Assembly: GCA_963764715.1 (NCBI GenBank)
Contig: CAVXTP010000022.1
Location: forward strand, 1-64,000
Length of the DNA stretch: 64,000 nucleotides
Origin: an uncultured Acidobacteriota bacterium
GTDB lineage: Bacteria; Acidobacteriota; Thermoanaerobaculia; UBA5066; Gp7-AA6
Reading direction: 5' to 3'
Part shown: piece after piece, positions 10,539-19,573 of the stretch
How positions within the stretch are numbered: position 1 is the stretch's first letter
Layout: each line of letters opens with the position of its first letter
Made by a program: the position numbers and the translations under genes
Notes under the pieces: generated by a model
What the model was told of the DNA's origin: nothing
Databases searched by the model: none
The model's input: only the letters and a program-made list of their open reading frames with translations

Positions 10539-11803
10539 TGTCCCGAGATTATAGCCGGTGACGGCCCTTCCCGAACCTGTACGGACAGCCAGTTCCGGGC
10601 CTCGCGCCGCGTCCGGACCTCGCCGCACGCCGCCGCCACGGCGAGCTCCCGGAGCAGGACGCCGACTTTCGGCCCCGCGGGGATGCCGAGCCACCGCAGC
10701 ACGTCCTCGCCGCCGACGTCGACGCGCCGGGGCTTGCTCCGCGCGAGGCGGGCGAGGCGCGCCGCCAGACGCGTCTTCCCGCGGCGCGCGGCGAGGTGCG
10801 CGGCGTCGCGGGCGAGCGGTCCTGCCTCGATGGCCCAGCCCCAGGCTCGCCGCCGGTCGCCCGGCCGGATCGCGGCCGCCGCCTCGACGAGGGAGGCCAG
10901 CTTCGCCGCGTCGTCCGCGTCGCGCCGCGGCAGCCTTCGTCGGGACAGCCATGCGGCGGCCTCGCGGCCCGAAAGGCCGAGCGCGAGGGCCAGCGCGGCG
11001 AGCCGCAGCCGGCGCCGGCGAGCCTCGGGAAGCCGGCGTGTTCCGGTGTCGTCGAGGGCGGCGAGCGCGCGGGCGAGCGAACGGGCGCGGGCGGGGGAGA
11101 GCGGAAGTCCCAGCGTCGATGGGAGGAGCCCGGCCCTCGCCGCCCAGGCCAGGGCCGGCGCAGCGCGCGGGCTGCCGAGGATGCGCGACAGCTCGCCCGC
11201 GATCCGCTCGGCGGCGACGCGCGCGAGGCCCTCGGCGGCGGCCCCGGCCGCGTCGAGCGCCGCCTCGTCCGGCGCCAGGCCGTGGGTTGCGATGAACCTG
11301 GCCGCGCGGAGCGCCCGGAGCGGATCCTCGAGGATGTTCGCCGCGCTCACCGGGCGCAGGCGCCTCCGCGCGAGGTCCTCGAGCCCGCCGAACGGGTCGA
11401 GCACGGCGCCGGGTCCGCCGTCGACCGGGACGGCGAGGGCGTTGACCGTGAAGTCGCGCCGCGCGAGGTCCGTTCCGATCGAGCCTCCCTCGATCTCGGC
11501 GATGTCGAGCGGCCGCCGGCCCGCGACGCGATAGACGCGCGGCCCGGGCCGGTCCTTCGACAGGAAGACGGAGCGCCCGGCGCCCCCGGCCTCGAGCTCC
11601 CGCGCCGCGCCCTCGGCGTCGCGAGCGATCGCGGCGTCGATCTCGGGCACCGGGAGGCCGAGCCAGGCGTCGCGCACCGCGCCGCCGACGAGCCAGGCTT
11701 CGACGCCGAGACGCCGCGCGACGCGGGCGAGGTCGCGCACCTCGCGGCGCCGGAGAAGGCGCGCGAGGGCGCGGGAGCGGCGGAGCCGGGGGTGCTCGGA
11801 CAT
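10535..11803 (-). CDS. tRNA nucleotidyltransferase / poly(A) polymerase family protein
   Basis: LVGGAVRD, DLARRDFTVNA, EDPLRALRAARF and VAAERI motifs. Confidence 0.9.
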   Translation of the reverse strand: MSEHPRLRRSRALARLLRRREVRDLARVARRLGVEAWLVGGAVRDAWLGLPVPEIDAAIARDAEGAARELEAGGAGRSVFLSKDRPGPRVYRVAGRRPLDIAEIEGGSIGTDLARRDFTVNALAVPVDGGPGAVLDPFGGLEDLARRRLRPVSAANILEDPLRALRAARFIATHGLAPDEAALDAAGAAAEGLARVAAERIAGELSRILGSPRAAPALAWAARAGLLPSTLGLPLSPARARSLARALAALDDTGTRRLPEARRRRLRLAALALALGLSGREAAAWLSRRRLPRRDADDAAKLASLVEAAAAIRPGDRRRAWGWAIEAGPLARDAAHLAARRGKTRLAARLARLARSKPRRVDVGGEDVLRWLGIPAGPKVGVLLRELAVAAACGEVRTRREARNWLSVQVREGPSPAIISGH

Positions 11804-11825
11804 ACGGGCTGGTACAATTTTCAGG

Positions 11826-12132
11826 ATGTCATCCTCCTCCGCGGTTGTCACTCCCGAGGTCGTGCGGAAAGTGGCCGAGCTCGCCCGCCTGCGGGTGCCG
11901 GAGGCGGACCTGCCCCTCTGGACCGGCCAGATCTCGCGCATCCTCGGCCACATCGAGCAGCTGCGGCAGATCCCGGAGGAGGCCTTCGCGGTCCCCGGCC
12001 GGCGCCCCGGCGACCCCGCTCCGCGACGATGCGCCGAGGGACGGCCACGGCGCCGAGGCCCTCGCCGGCAACGCTCCCCGGCAGGTCCACGGCTACGGCG
12101 TCGTGCCCCGCGTCGTCGGCGCGGGGAGTTGA
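11826..12132 (+). CDS. gatC: Asp/Glu-tRNA amidotransferase subunit C, apparently frameshifted near 11993-11996
   Basis: N-terminal VRKVAELARL is in one frame; the conserved C-terminal TPLRDD...ALAGNAP...VPRVV is in the +1 frame ending at TGA 12132. Confidence 0.85.
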
Positions 12133-13583
12133 GAGTGGCCGGAGTCGTCGAAACCTCGGTCGAGGTGGGCGCGCGGCGCCGCTCCGCCGTGGAGGTCGTC
12201 CGCGAGTCGCTCGAGTCGATCCGGGAAGGGGACGGCCGCCTCCGCGCCTTTCTCGAGGTGACCGGGGACCTCGCCCTGAAGGAGGCGGAGGAGGTCGACC
12301 GCCGGGTCGCCGCGGGGGAGGCCCTGCCCCTCGCCGGGGTGCCGCTCGCCATGAAGGACAACATCTGGGTCGCGGGACGGCGCACGACCTGCGCCTCCCG
12401 GATCCTGGAAGGGTTCCGGCCGCCGGGCGACTCGACCGTCGCCGCGCGCCTTCGCCGGGCCGGCGCCGTCTTCATCGGCCGCGCCAACATGGACGAGTTC
12501 GCCATGGGCTCCTCGACCGAGAACAGCTCGTCCCACGTGACCCGGAATCCCTGGGACACGACCCGGATCCCGGGCGGCTCGTCCGGGGGCAGCGCCGCGG
12601 CCGTGGCCGCGCGGTTCGTCCCGGGGGGCTTCGGCTCCGACACCGGCGGATCGATCCGGCAGCCCGCGGCCTGCTGCGGCGTGGTCGGGTTCAAGCCGAC
12701 CTACGGCCGCGTCTCGCGGTACGGCCTCGTCGCCTTCGCCTCGTCGCTCGACCAGATCGGGCCGCTCACCCGGAGCGTCGGCGACGCCGCCCGCCTCTAC
12801 GGCGTCATCGCCGGAGCGGACCCGCTCGACTCGACCACGGCGGACGTGCCGGTGGGCTCGCCCGAGGGGGCCCTCGAACGGGGCGTCGAGGGCCTGCGGG
12901 TCGGCTTTCTCCAGGAAGCCGAGGACGGCGGCCTCGACCCGGAAGTTGCCGCGAACCTGGAGGAGGCGCGCCGGATCTTCCGCGACGCCGGCGCCGAGGT
13001 CGTGCCCGTCTCGGTGCCGCGCGCGCCCGCGGCGATCGCGATCTACTACGTCATCGCGAGCGCCGAAGCCTCCTCGAACCTGGCGCGCTTCGACGGCGTC
13101 CGCTACGGACCCCGGCGCTCCGACGCCGACCTGCTCTCGGTCTACGTCGAGAGCCGCACGGCCGGGTTCGGGGCGGAGGTCAAGCGCCGGATCCTGCTCG
13201 GGACCTTCGCGCTCGCCTCCGGCTACTACGAGGCGTATTACGGGCTCGCGACGCGGGCCCGCCAGCTTCTCTCGGACGACTTCGCCCGCGCGTTCGCGGC
13301 CGCCGACGTCATCGTCTGTCCCTCGATCCCGGGGCCGGCCTTCAAGATCGGCGAGAAGACCGACGACCCGCTCACGATGTACCTCTCGGACGTCTTCACC
13401 GTGCCGGCGTCGCTCGCCGGCCTGCCGGCCATCTCGGTCCCGTCGGGCCTGACGCGCCACGGCCTTCCCCTCGGAGTCCAGGTTCTCGGGCCGCGCTTCG
13501 GGGAAGAGGCGATGTTCGCCGCCGCGCGCGCGTTCGAGGCGGGCGCCGGCTTTCCGGATGCGCTTGCCCCCGTCTCGGGCTAG
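12129..13583 (+). CDS. gatA: Asp/Glu-tRNA amidotransferase subunit A
   Basis: Amidase signature GGSSGGSAAAVAA, GSDTGGSIRQPA, SSNLARFDG; TTG overlaps the gatC stop. Confidence 0.95.
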   Translation: MRVAGVVETSVEVGARRRSAVEVVRESLESIREGDGRLRAFLEVTGDLALKEAEEVDRRVAAGEALPLAGVPLAMKDNIWVAGRRTTCASRILEGFRPPGDSTVAARLRRAGAVFIGRANMDEFAMGSSTENSSSHVTRNPWDTTRIPGGSSGGSAAAVAARFVPGGFGSDTGGSIRQPAACCGVVGFKPTYGRVSRYGLVAFASSLDQIGPLTRSVGDAARLYGVIAGADPLDSTTADVPVGSPEGALERGVEGLRVGFLQEAEDGGLDPEVAANLEEARRIFRDAGAEVVPVSVPRAPAAIAIYYVIASAEASSNLARFDGVRYGPRRSDADLLSVYVESRTAGFGAEVKRRILLGTFALASGYYEAYYGLATRARQLLSDDFARAFAAADVIVCPSIPGPAFKIGEKTDDPLTMYLSDVFTVPASLAGLPAISVPSGLTRHGLPLGVQVLGPRFGEEAMFAAARAFEAGAGFPDALAPVSG

Positions 13584-15312
13584 CTGGCGGCTCGCGGCGA
13601 CGCTCCTCGGAGCCGCCGTCGTCGCGCCTCCGCTGTCGGCGGCGGAGAGGACCGTCGTCGTCTCGCCCGAGATCCGCGTCACGATCGCGGCGGGCGACGA
13701 GATCTCGCTCGCCGCCCGCCCGCTTCCGGGGGAGGGCGTCGACGCGTTCGTCAAGCGCGTGACGGAGGACCCCAGGACGAAGAAGGAGATCCTGCAGGGC
13801 AACGGCGGCCTGCGGCGCCTCCGCACGGACCGCTACGTCCGGGTCCCGTACCGGCTGCTCTCGCAGAGCTTCCGGAAGATCGCCATCGAGGCGCTGTACC
13901 CGGGCGACCGGATCACCCGCTCGGGCTGGGAGCACAAGGTGACCGGCCTGACGGGCTCGCCCGAGAGCCTCTGGCGGATCGCGGAGTGGTTCACCGGGGA
14001 CGGCGCGAACTACAAGCAGCTCCGCCAGGAGGGCGCGATCCCGTCGCTCGAGACCCGCAACGGCCAGGTCGTCGTGATTCCCGGCCGGCTCCTGACCCAC
14101 GCGTTCCGGGAAGCGGTCGAGGCCGCGGCGCCGGCCGCCGAGACGCCGCCTCCGCTCGAGTTCGCCTCCGACGCCGCCGGCCGCTACGCCCTCTACCGGC
14201 TCCAGAAGGGCGAGGCGCTCTACTCGGCGGTCGTCGTGCGGTTCACGGGCCGCGTCCACGCCGAGGACGTCAACGCGAAGGCCGCCGAGATCGCCGCCCG
14301 CAGCGGGATCGAGGACGTGCGCTCGATCCCGGTCGGGTTTGCGATCAAGATCCCGGTCGCCGACCTCGCCCCGGAGTTCCGGCCGCCGGACGATCCGGCC
14401 CGGATCGAGGAGGAGAAGTCCCGCCTCGAGGCCGCCCAGTTCGCCAACACCGTCCGGACGGCCGACCTCTCGGGCGTGACGCTCGTCCTCGACGCGGGCC
14501 ACGGCGGACGCGACACCGGCGCGATCGTCGACGGGATGCAGGAGGCGGCCTACGTCTACGACATCGCGTGCCGGGTCGAGCGGCTGGTGCGCGAGCGGAC
14601 CAAGGCCCGCGTGGTGCCGACCGTGGGCCGCGACGCGCCCTGCGCCGCGGCCCGGTCGGATGCGGTCTCCGAGTTCCGCAGCGCGCGCGTCCTGACGACG
14701 CCGCCGTATCCCATCGAGGACTCGGTCGCGGGGGTGAACTTCCGGTGGTACCTCGCCAACTCGGTCTTCCGTCACGTCGAGAAGAACGGGGGGCAGGAGG
14801 ACCGCACCGTCTTCCTGTCGCTCCACGCCGACTCGCTGCACCCCGCGGTGCGCGGCACGATGATCTACGTTCCAGGCGAGAAGTTCCTGGACGGGTCCTT
14901 CCAGAAGACGGGCGAGCCCTACGCGTCGCGCCGCGAGGTCCGGGAGTCTCCGAAGGTGTCTTTCTCGCGGCGCGAGAGGGTCGCCGCCGAGGGCGTCTCG
15001 CAGGACCTCGCCGACCGCGTCGTGGCCTCCTTCCGCGAGGCGGACCTCCCGCTCCATGCGTTCCAGCCCGTGCGCCGCAACGTGATCCGGGGAGGCCGGG
15101 AATGGGTCCCGGCGATCCTCCGGTACAACCGCATTCCCGCGCGCATCCTCGTCGAGATCTGCAACCTCAACAATCCCGACGACCGGAAGCTGCTCCGCAC
15201 CCGGGCCTACCGCGAGAAGGTCGCCGAGGCGCTCGTCGACGCGCTCATCGACTTCTACGGTGGCTCGGAGCGGGGTGGTGTGGCGAAGGCGTCGTCCGGA
15301 GGGAAGCGCTAG
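13558..15312 (+). CDS. N-acetylmuramoyl-L-alanine amidase with LysM-like N-terminal repeats
   Basis: Signal peptide; VLDAGHGGRDTGA, FLSLHAD and ILVEICNL motifs; ESLWRIA and GEALYS LysM-like segments. Confidence 0.88.
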   Translation: MRLPPSRASWRLAATLLGAAVVAPPLSAAERTVVVSPEIRVTIAAGDEISLAARPLPGEGVDAFVKRVTEDPRTKKEILQGNGGLRRLRTDRYVRVPYRLLSQSFRKIAIEALYPGDRITRSGWEHKVTGLTGSPESLWRIAEWFTGDGANYKQLRQEGAIPSLETRNGQVVVIPGRLLTHAFREAVEAAAPAAETPPPLEFASDAAGRYALYRLQKGEALYSAVVVRFTGRVHAEDVNAKAAEIAARSGIEDVRSIPVGFAIKIPVADLAPEFRPPDDPARIEEEKSRLEAAQFANTVRTADLSGVTLVLDAGHGGRDTGAIVDGMQEAAYVYDIACRVERLVRERTKARVVPTVGRDAPCAAARSDAVSEFRSARVLTTPPYPIEDSVAGVNFRWYLANSVFRHVEKNGGQEDRTVFLSLHADSLHPAVRGTMIYVPGEKFLDGSFQKTGEPYASRREVRESPKVSFSRRERVAAEGVSQDLADRVVASFREADLPLHAFQPVRRNVIRGGREWVPAILRYNRIPARILVEICNLNNPDDRKLLRTRAYREKVAEALVDALIDFYGGSERGGVAKASSGGKR

Positions 15313-15378
15313 ACGGGCGGAAGGCGGTCGGCGGTCTGCTTTCCTCCCCATATACTTTCCCTCCGCAGGAGGACCCGC

Positions 15379-16344
15379 ATGCGTCATCGCTCGATGCTCA
15401 TGGTCGCCGCGCTCGCCCTGGCCCTCGCCTCGCCGCTCGCCGCCCAGGAGTGGCGCGGAAAAGGCCGCGTGGACGGCCTGGTCAAGAACGACAAGGGCGA
15501 GCCCATCGAGGGCTGCGTCGTGAAGCTGCGGTGGGGCAGGAGCGGGCACGGCGGTCCCGACGAGAAGACCGACAAGAAGGGCAAGTGGGCGATCTTCGGG
15601 CTGGCAGGCGGCCCGTGGGACCTCGACTTCGACGCCCCCGGGTACAAGACGAAGAAGATCGGGATCACGCTCCAGGAGACCGGCCGCAACGACACGGTCG
15701 AGGTCGCCCTGGAGCCCGCGCCCGCGGCGAGCCCGGCAGCGGCCGCGCCGACGCAGGAGACCCTCGTGGGAGGCCAGAAGATCTCGAAGGAGACGGCCCA
15801 GGCCATCGAAGCCGGCAACGCGGCGATGACCGCCCAGAACTGGCCCGTGGCGCGCGAGAGCTACGTCAAGGCGCTCGCCGAGCTGCCCGACAACGCGGCG
15901 CTCATCGAGCGGGTCGCGGTCGCGTACCTCGCCGAGGGCAACAAGGACGAGGCGCTCCGGTACGCCCGGATGGCCACGGAGAAGGCGCCGGCCGACACCC
16001 AGCCGTGGCAAATCATCGCGGAGGTCGAGATCGAGAAGGGCAACGCGGAGGCCGGGCTCGCGGCTCTCGACAAGCTGCCCCGCGAGAGGATCCTCGACCC
16101 GGCCCTGTACCTGAACGCCGGGATCATCCTTTACAACGCCGGGAAGCTGCCGGAGGCCGTGGCCGCGTTCGACAAGGCGATCGGGGTCAAGGCGGACGCC
16201 ACCGCCTACTACTACCGCGGGCTCGCCGAGCTCCAGCAGAAGAAGAACGCGGAGGCCAGGGCCGACTTCCAGAAGGCGCTGGAGCTCGCGCCCGACGGTC
16301 CCGACGCCAGGGACATCAAGGATCTCCTGAAGTCGATTCGATAG
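15379..16344 (+). CDS. Secreted carboxypeptidase-regulatory-like domain + TPR protein
   Basis: Signal peptide; G-V...GEPIEG...TDKKG beta-sandwich; TPR repeats; GGAGG SD and TATACT upstream. Confidence 0.8.
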   Translation: MRHRSMLMVAALALALASPLAAQEWRGKGRVDGLVKNDKGEPIEGCVVKLRWGRSGHGGPDEKTDKKGKWAIFGLAGGPWDLDFDAPGYKTKKIGITLQETGRNDTVEVALEPAPAASPAAAAPTQETLVGGQKISKETAQAIEAGNAAMTAQNWPVARESYVKALAELPDNAALIERVAVAYLAEGNKDEALRYARMATEKAPADTQPWQIIAEVEIEKGNAEAGLAALDKLPRERILDPALYLNAGIILYNAGKLPEAVAAFDKAIGVKADATAYYYRGLAELQQKKNAEARADFQKALELAPDGPDARDIKDLLKSIR

Positions 16345-16365
16345 GTCTGCCGGCCGGGTCGCGGG

Positions 16366-17706
16366 CTACGGGGCGGTCTCCTCGCCGAGGAAGGCGACCC
16401 AGGCCGGATCCGTCGCGATCGCGAGATAGGCGGGGTCGCTCCGCAGCGCCCGCCGGTCGAGGTGGCCGTCCGCCGCGAGCGGGCGCAGGGCGGCGATCGC
16501 CGCGGCGGCGTTGCCGGCCCGCGCGTAGATCTGGGCTTCGAGCTCCGCGCGCTTCCAGCCCTCGGGTAGAAGGGCCCGGGTCTCGTGGATCGCGCGCACC
16601 GCGGCCGGCGTATCGCCGAGGTTCGACTCGACGACGGCGAGCGTCGAGAGCGTGTCCGGATCGGGCCCCGCCTCGCGCAGGTAGCGCGTCAGCAGCGTGC
16701 GCGCCTCGGCGTTGCGGCCCTCGGCGAGGGCCATGGCGGCGAGCTCCTTGGCGGCCCCGGGCGCCGGCGGGTCCTCGGCGAGGGCGCGCTCGAAGTCGAC
16801 GCGGGCCGCCTCGGGCTCCCCGGCCGCTCGCGCCGCGAGTCCCTTCTGGTACTCGACCGGGGCGCGCGGAGCGCCCGCCTCGAGCGCCCTCGTCCAGGCG
16901 GCCTGCGTGGCCGCGGCGTCGCCTTCCCGCTGCGCCTGTCGGGCGGCTTCCTCGAACGGGCGCCAGGGCTGGGCGGGAGCCTCCGCCAGGGCGAAGGGCT
17001 CGGACAGCGTGCGGCGGATGGCGAGGATGCCGTCCACGGCGAAGAGCACCGCGGGCACGGCCGCGGCGAGCCACAGGAGCCGGCGGCGCTCGGGAGGCAG
17101 CCGGCGCCCGAAAACGAGGACGACCGCCGCGATTGCGGCGAGCCCCAGGACGCGCGGCCACGCGCTCGAGCGCGCCTCCGCGGCGCCTTCGCGGCGCCGC
17201 AGCGGCTCGGGCCCCAGCAGGCGGCCGAGCTCCCCGGCGAGCGAGAGACCCGGGTCGACGAGCACGACGTCCTCGACCTTCCACCCCCGCGGGCCGCGCC
17301 GGACCGCCCAGCGCGTCTTGAGCAGGCTCGTCCCGTAGCGCAGGCCCAGGTCCACCAGGACCGGCGGCCCGGGGACCCCCGGGAGAGCGGCCCAGGCGAC
17401 CTCCGAGGGCGTCGAAGGCGGCGCCGCGAGAGCGCGGGCGAAGTGGTCCCTCGTCGTCGCGGCGAGCAGTCCCTTCTGGCGGTCCGTCAGGCCGCCCCAG
17501 ACCGGCGCTCCGAGGAGCCGGCGCAGGATGGCGTCGGTGTCGAGCGACTCGTAGAAGATCTTCGGCGGCCCGTGGAGCGCGGCCGAGGCGGCGCGGCGCG
17601 CGAAGTCGGCGGCTTCCTCGGCTTCGGGGACCTCCTGGCCGGGCAGGGCCGCGGCGGCGAGCAGGACGAAAACCGCGAGAGCGCGCGCGCGGCGCAGGGC
17701 GCTCAC
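16366..17706 (-). CDS. Membrane protein: MlaC/Ttg2D-like N-domain, 2 TM segments, TPR C-domain
   Basis: Signal peptide; W..LTDRQK and GWKVEDVV segments; two hydrophobic helices; TPR-like repeats. Confidence 0.6.
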   Translation of the reverse strand: MSALRRARALAVFVLLAAAALPGQEVPEAEEAADFARRAASAALHGPPKIFYESLDTDAILRRLLGAPVWGGLTDRQKGLLAATTRDHFARALAAPPSTPSEVAWAALPGVPGPPVLVDLGLRYGTSLLKTRWAVRRGPRGWKVEDVVLVDPGLSLAGELGRLLGPEPLRRREGAAEARSSAWPRVLGLAAIAAVVLVFGRRLPPERRRLLWLAAAVPAVLFAVDGILAIRRTLSEPFALAEAPAQPWRPFEEAARQAQREGDAAATQAAWTRALEAGAPRAPVEYQKGLAARAAGEPEAARVDFERALAEDPPAPGAAKELAAMALAEGRNAEARTLLTRYLREAGPDPDTLSTLAVVESNLGDTPAAVRAIHETRALLPEGWKRAELEAQIYARAGNAAAAIAALRPLAADGHLDRRALRSDPAYLAIATDPAWVAFLGEETAP

Positions 17707-17725
17707 GTCGCCGAAACCCCGAGGA

Positions 17726-18382
17726 TCAGTAGCCCGTCGCGGTCTCGCTCGTGTGCGGCTTCGAGATGATCTTCATGACCATCGGGACGCTGCCGATCCG
17801 GAGCTCGTCGCCGTCCCGCAGCGCGATCGGCTGCGAGAGCTTGATCCCGTTGACGAACGTGCCGTTCTTCGAGCCGAGGTCCTCGAGGGTCGCCAGGCCC
17901 ATGTCGATCAGGACGCGCGCGTGGCGCCGCGAAACGCTCTTCGAGTCGATCCAGACGAGCGAGTCGTTGCCGCGGCCCAGGATGTTCTCGCCGTCGCCGA
18001 GGGCGACCTCCCGCTGCCCCCAGAGGAGCCGGAAGATCTGGTCGCCGTTGGAGGACCGGGAACCCGCGCCCTTGACCGTCGTCGCGGCCCCGGAGAACGC
18101 GTAGCCGTAGCCGTAGACGGTGCGGATGAACTCCGGGGCGCGGGCCCCGTCGCCGATCGCCTGCCGGATCTCGGCGATCAGCGTCGGAAGATTGACCTCC
18201 GACACGATCGTGTCGGGCCAGAGCCGCTGGTGCAGCTCGGCCTTGGGGATCGCCCTCGGCCGCCCCTCGAGGAGCACCTGGAGGAGCTTGAAGGCCTTGG
18301 GCGAGATCGCGACGTTGCGTCCGTCCCGGGTCAGCGCCCGGCAATCCGTATCGAGCGTGAAGTTCCCAAATCGGAAGGTCAT
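17726..18382 (-). CDS. Winged-helix (OmpR-type) + FHA domain transcriptional regulator
   Basis: FRFGNFTLD...IRTVYGYGYAF wHTH; GR...VSRRHA...DLGSKNGTFVNG FHA motif. Confidence 0.9.
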   Translation of the reverse strand: MTFRFGNFTLDTDCRALTRDGRNVAISPKAFKLLQVLLEGRPRAIPKAELHQRLWPDTIVSEVNLPTLIAEIRQAIGDGARAPEFIRTVYGYGYAFSGAATTVKGAGSRSSNGDQIFRLLWGQREVALGDGENILGRGNDSLVWIDSKSVSRRHARVLIDMGLATLEDLGSKNGTFVNGIKLSQPIALRDGDELRIGSVPMVMKIISKPHTSETATGY

Positions 18383-18492
18383 AGCGCCTCCATGGAGACG
18401 GTATCGCCTTCCGCTGGCGAGGGTATCGGGCCGGGGACGAAATGGGCGATTCGCGGGACGAAGCCTTGCCGCCGTCGCGCGGGCGCATCCGT

Positions 18493-19566
18493 TCAGGCCG
18501 GCAGCGGCTCCAGCCGCTCCACGCGGGGCGACAGCGACTCGGCGCCGCGCGCCGTGCACACGATGTCGTCCTCGATCCGAACGCCGAATTTCCCGGGCAG
18601 GTAGATGCCGGGCTCCGAGGTGAACGTCATCCCGGGCTCGAGGACGGTGCGGTCGTGGCCGACCATGTACGGCGGCTCGTGGACGTCGATGCCGAGGCCG
18701 TGGCCGAGGCGGTGCGTGAAGTACTCGCCGTACCCGGCCTTCTCGATGACCCGCCGGGCCGCCGCGTCGACCTCGAAGCAGGGCACGCCCGGCGCGGCCT
18801 TGTCGATCGCCGCGCCCTGGGCCTCGAGCACGATCGACCAGACCTTGCGGTACTCGTCGGTCGGGGTCCCGAAGAAGGTCGAGCGGGTGATGTCGTAGTA
18901 GTAGCCCTCGGGCTTGTCCCAGGCGTCGATCAGGACGGCCTGGTTCTTCGAGAGCGCGGTCGGCCCCGAGGCGCCGTGCGGGAAGGCCGAGGACGGACCG
19001 AACTGCACGACGTTCTCGCCGCCGAAAGCGTGAGAGATCCCGGCCTCCGTCGCGCCCGGGCGCAGCGACTCGAACGCCTGCCGGAAGCGGGGAAGCGCCA
19101 CCTCGATGGCCTTGCGCATCAACTGGATCTCGTCCGGAGTCTTGATCATCCGGAGGGCCGCGAAGAGGCCCGCGGCCGAGACGGGCTTCCAGCCCGGCCG
19201 CGCCGAAAGGAGGCGCTCGACGTCGTCGTAGGCGGTCGAAGGCTCGACGGCGAGCGTGCCCGCGGAGGCCGGGAAGAGCTTCGCGGCCGTGCTCCACGCG
19301 TCGCCGGTCTCTTCCCACGTCACGACCTCGCCGACCGCCGACATGCTCTTCAGGCGCGCCGCCTCGAAGGCCGGGCAGACGACGACGGGGTCGCGGTCCC
19401 GGAAGAGAAAGAGGGCCGTCAGGCGCTCGCTGCGGTGAAAGTCGATGCCGGTCAGGTAAAAGAGGTTCGAGGACGGAGTCGCGTAGAGGCCGTCGGCCGG
19501 AACCGACCGGAGGCGCTCCCGCACGGTCTCGAGCCGTCGGAGATAGATTTCACGGGGAGTCGGCAT
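18493..19566 (-). CDS. Xaa-Pro peptidase (M24 family)
   Basis: DITRS, HRLGHGLGIDVHE, EPGIY and GVRIEDD motifs. Confidence 0.93.
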   Translation of the reverse strand: MPTPREIYLRRLETVRERLRSVPADGLYATPSSNLFYLTGIDFHRSERLTALFLFRDRDPVVVCPAFEAARLKSMSAVGEVVTWEETGDAWSTAAKLFPASAGTLAVEPSTAYDDVERLLSARPGWKPVSAAGLFAALRMIKTPDEIQLMRKAIEVALPRFRQAFESLRPGATEAGISHAFGGENVVQFGPSSAFPHGASGPTALSKNQAVLIDAWDKPEGYYYDITRSTFFGTPTDEYRKVWSIVLEAQGAAIDKAAPGVPCFEVDAAARRVIEKAGYGEYFTHRLGHGLGIDVHEPPYMVGHDRTVLEPGMTFTSEPGIYLPGKFGVRIEDDIVCTARGAESLSPRVERLEPLPA

Positions 19567-19573
19567 GGCGCGG

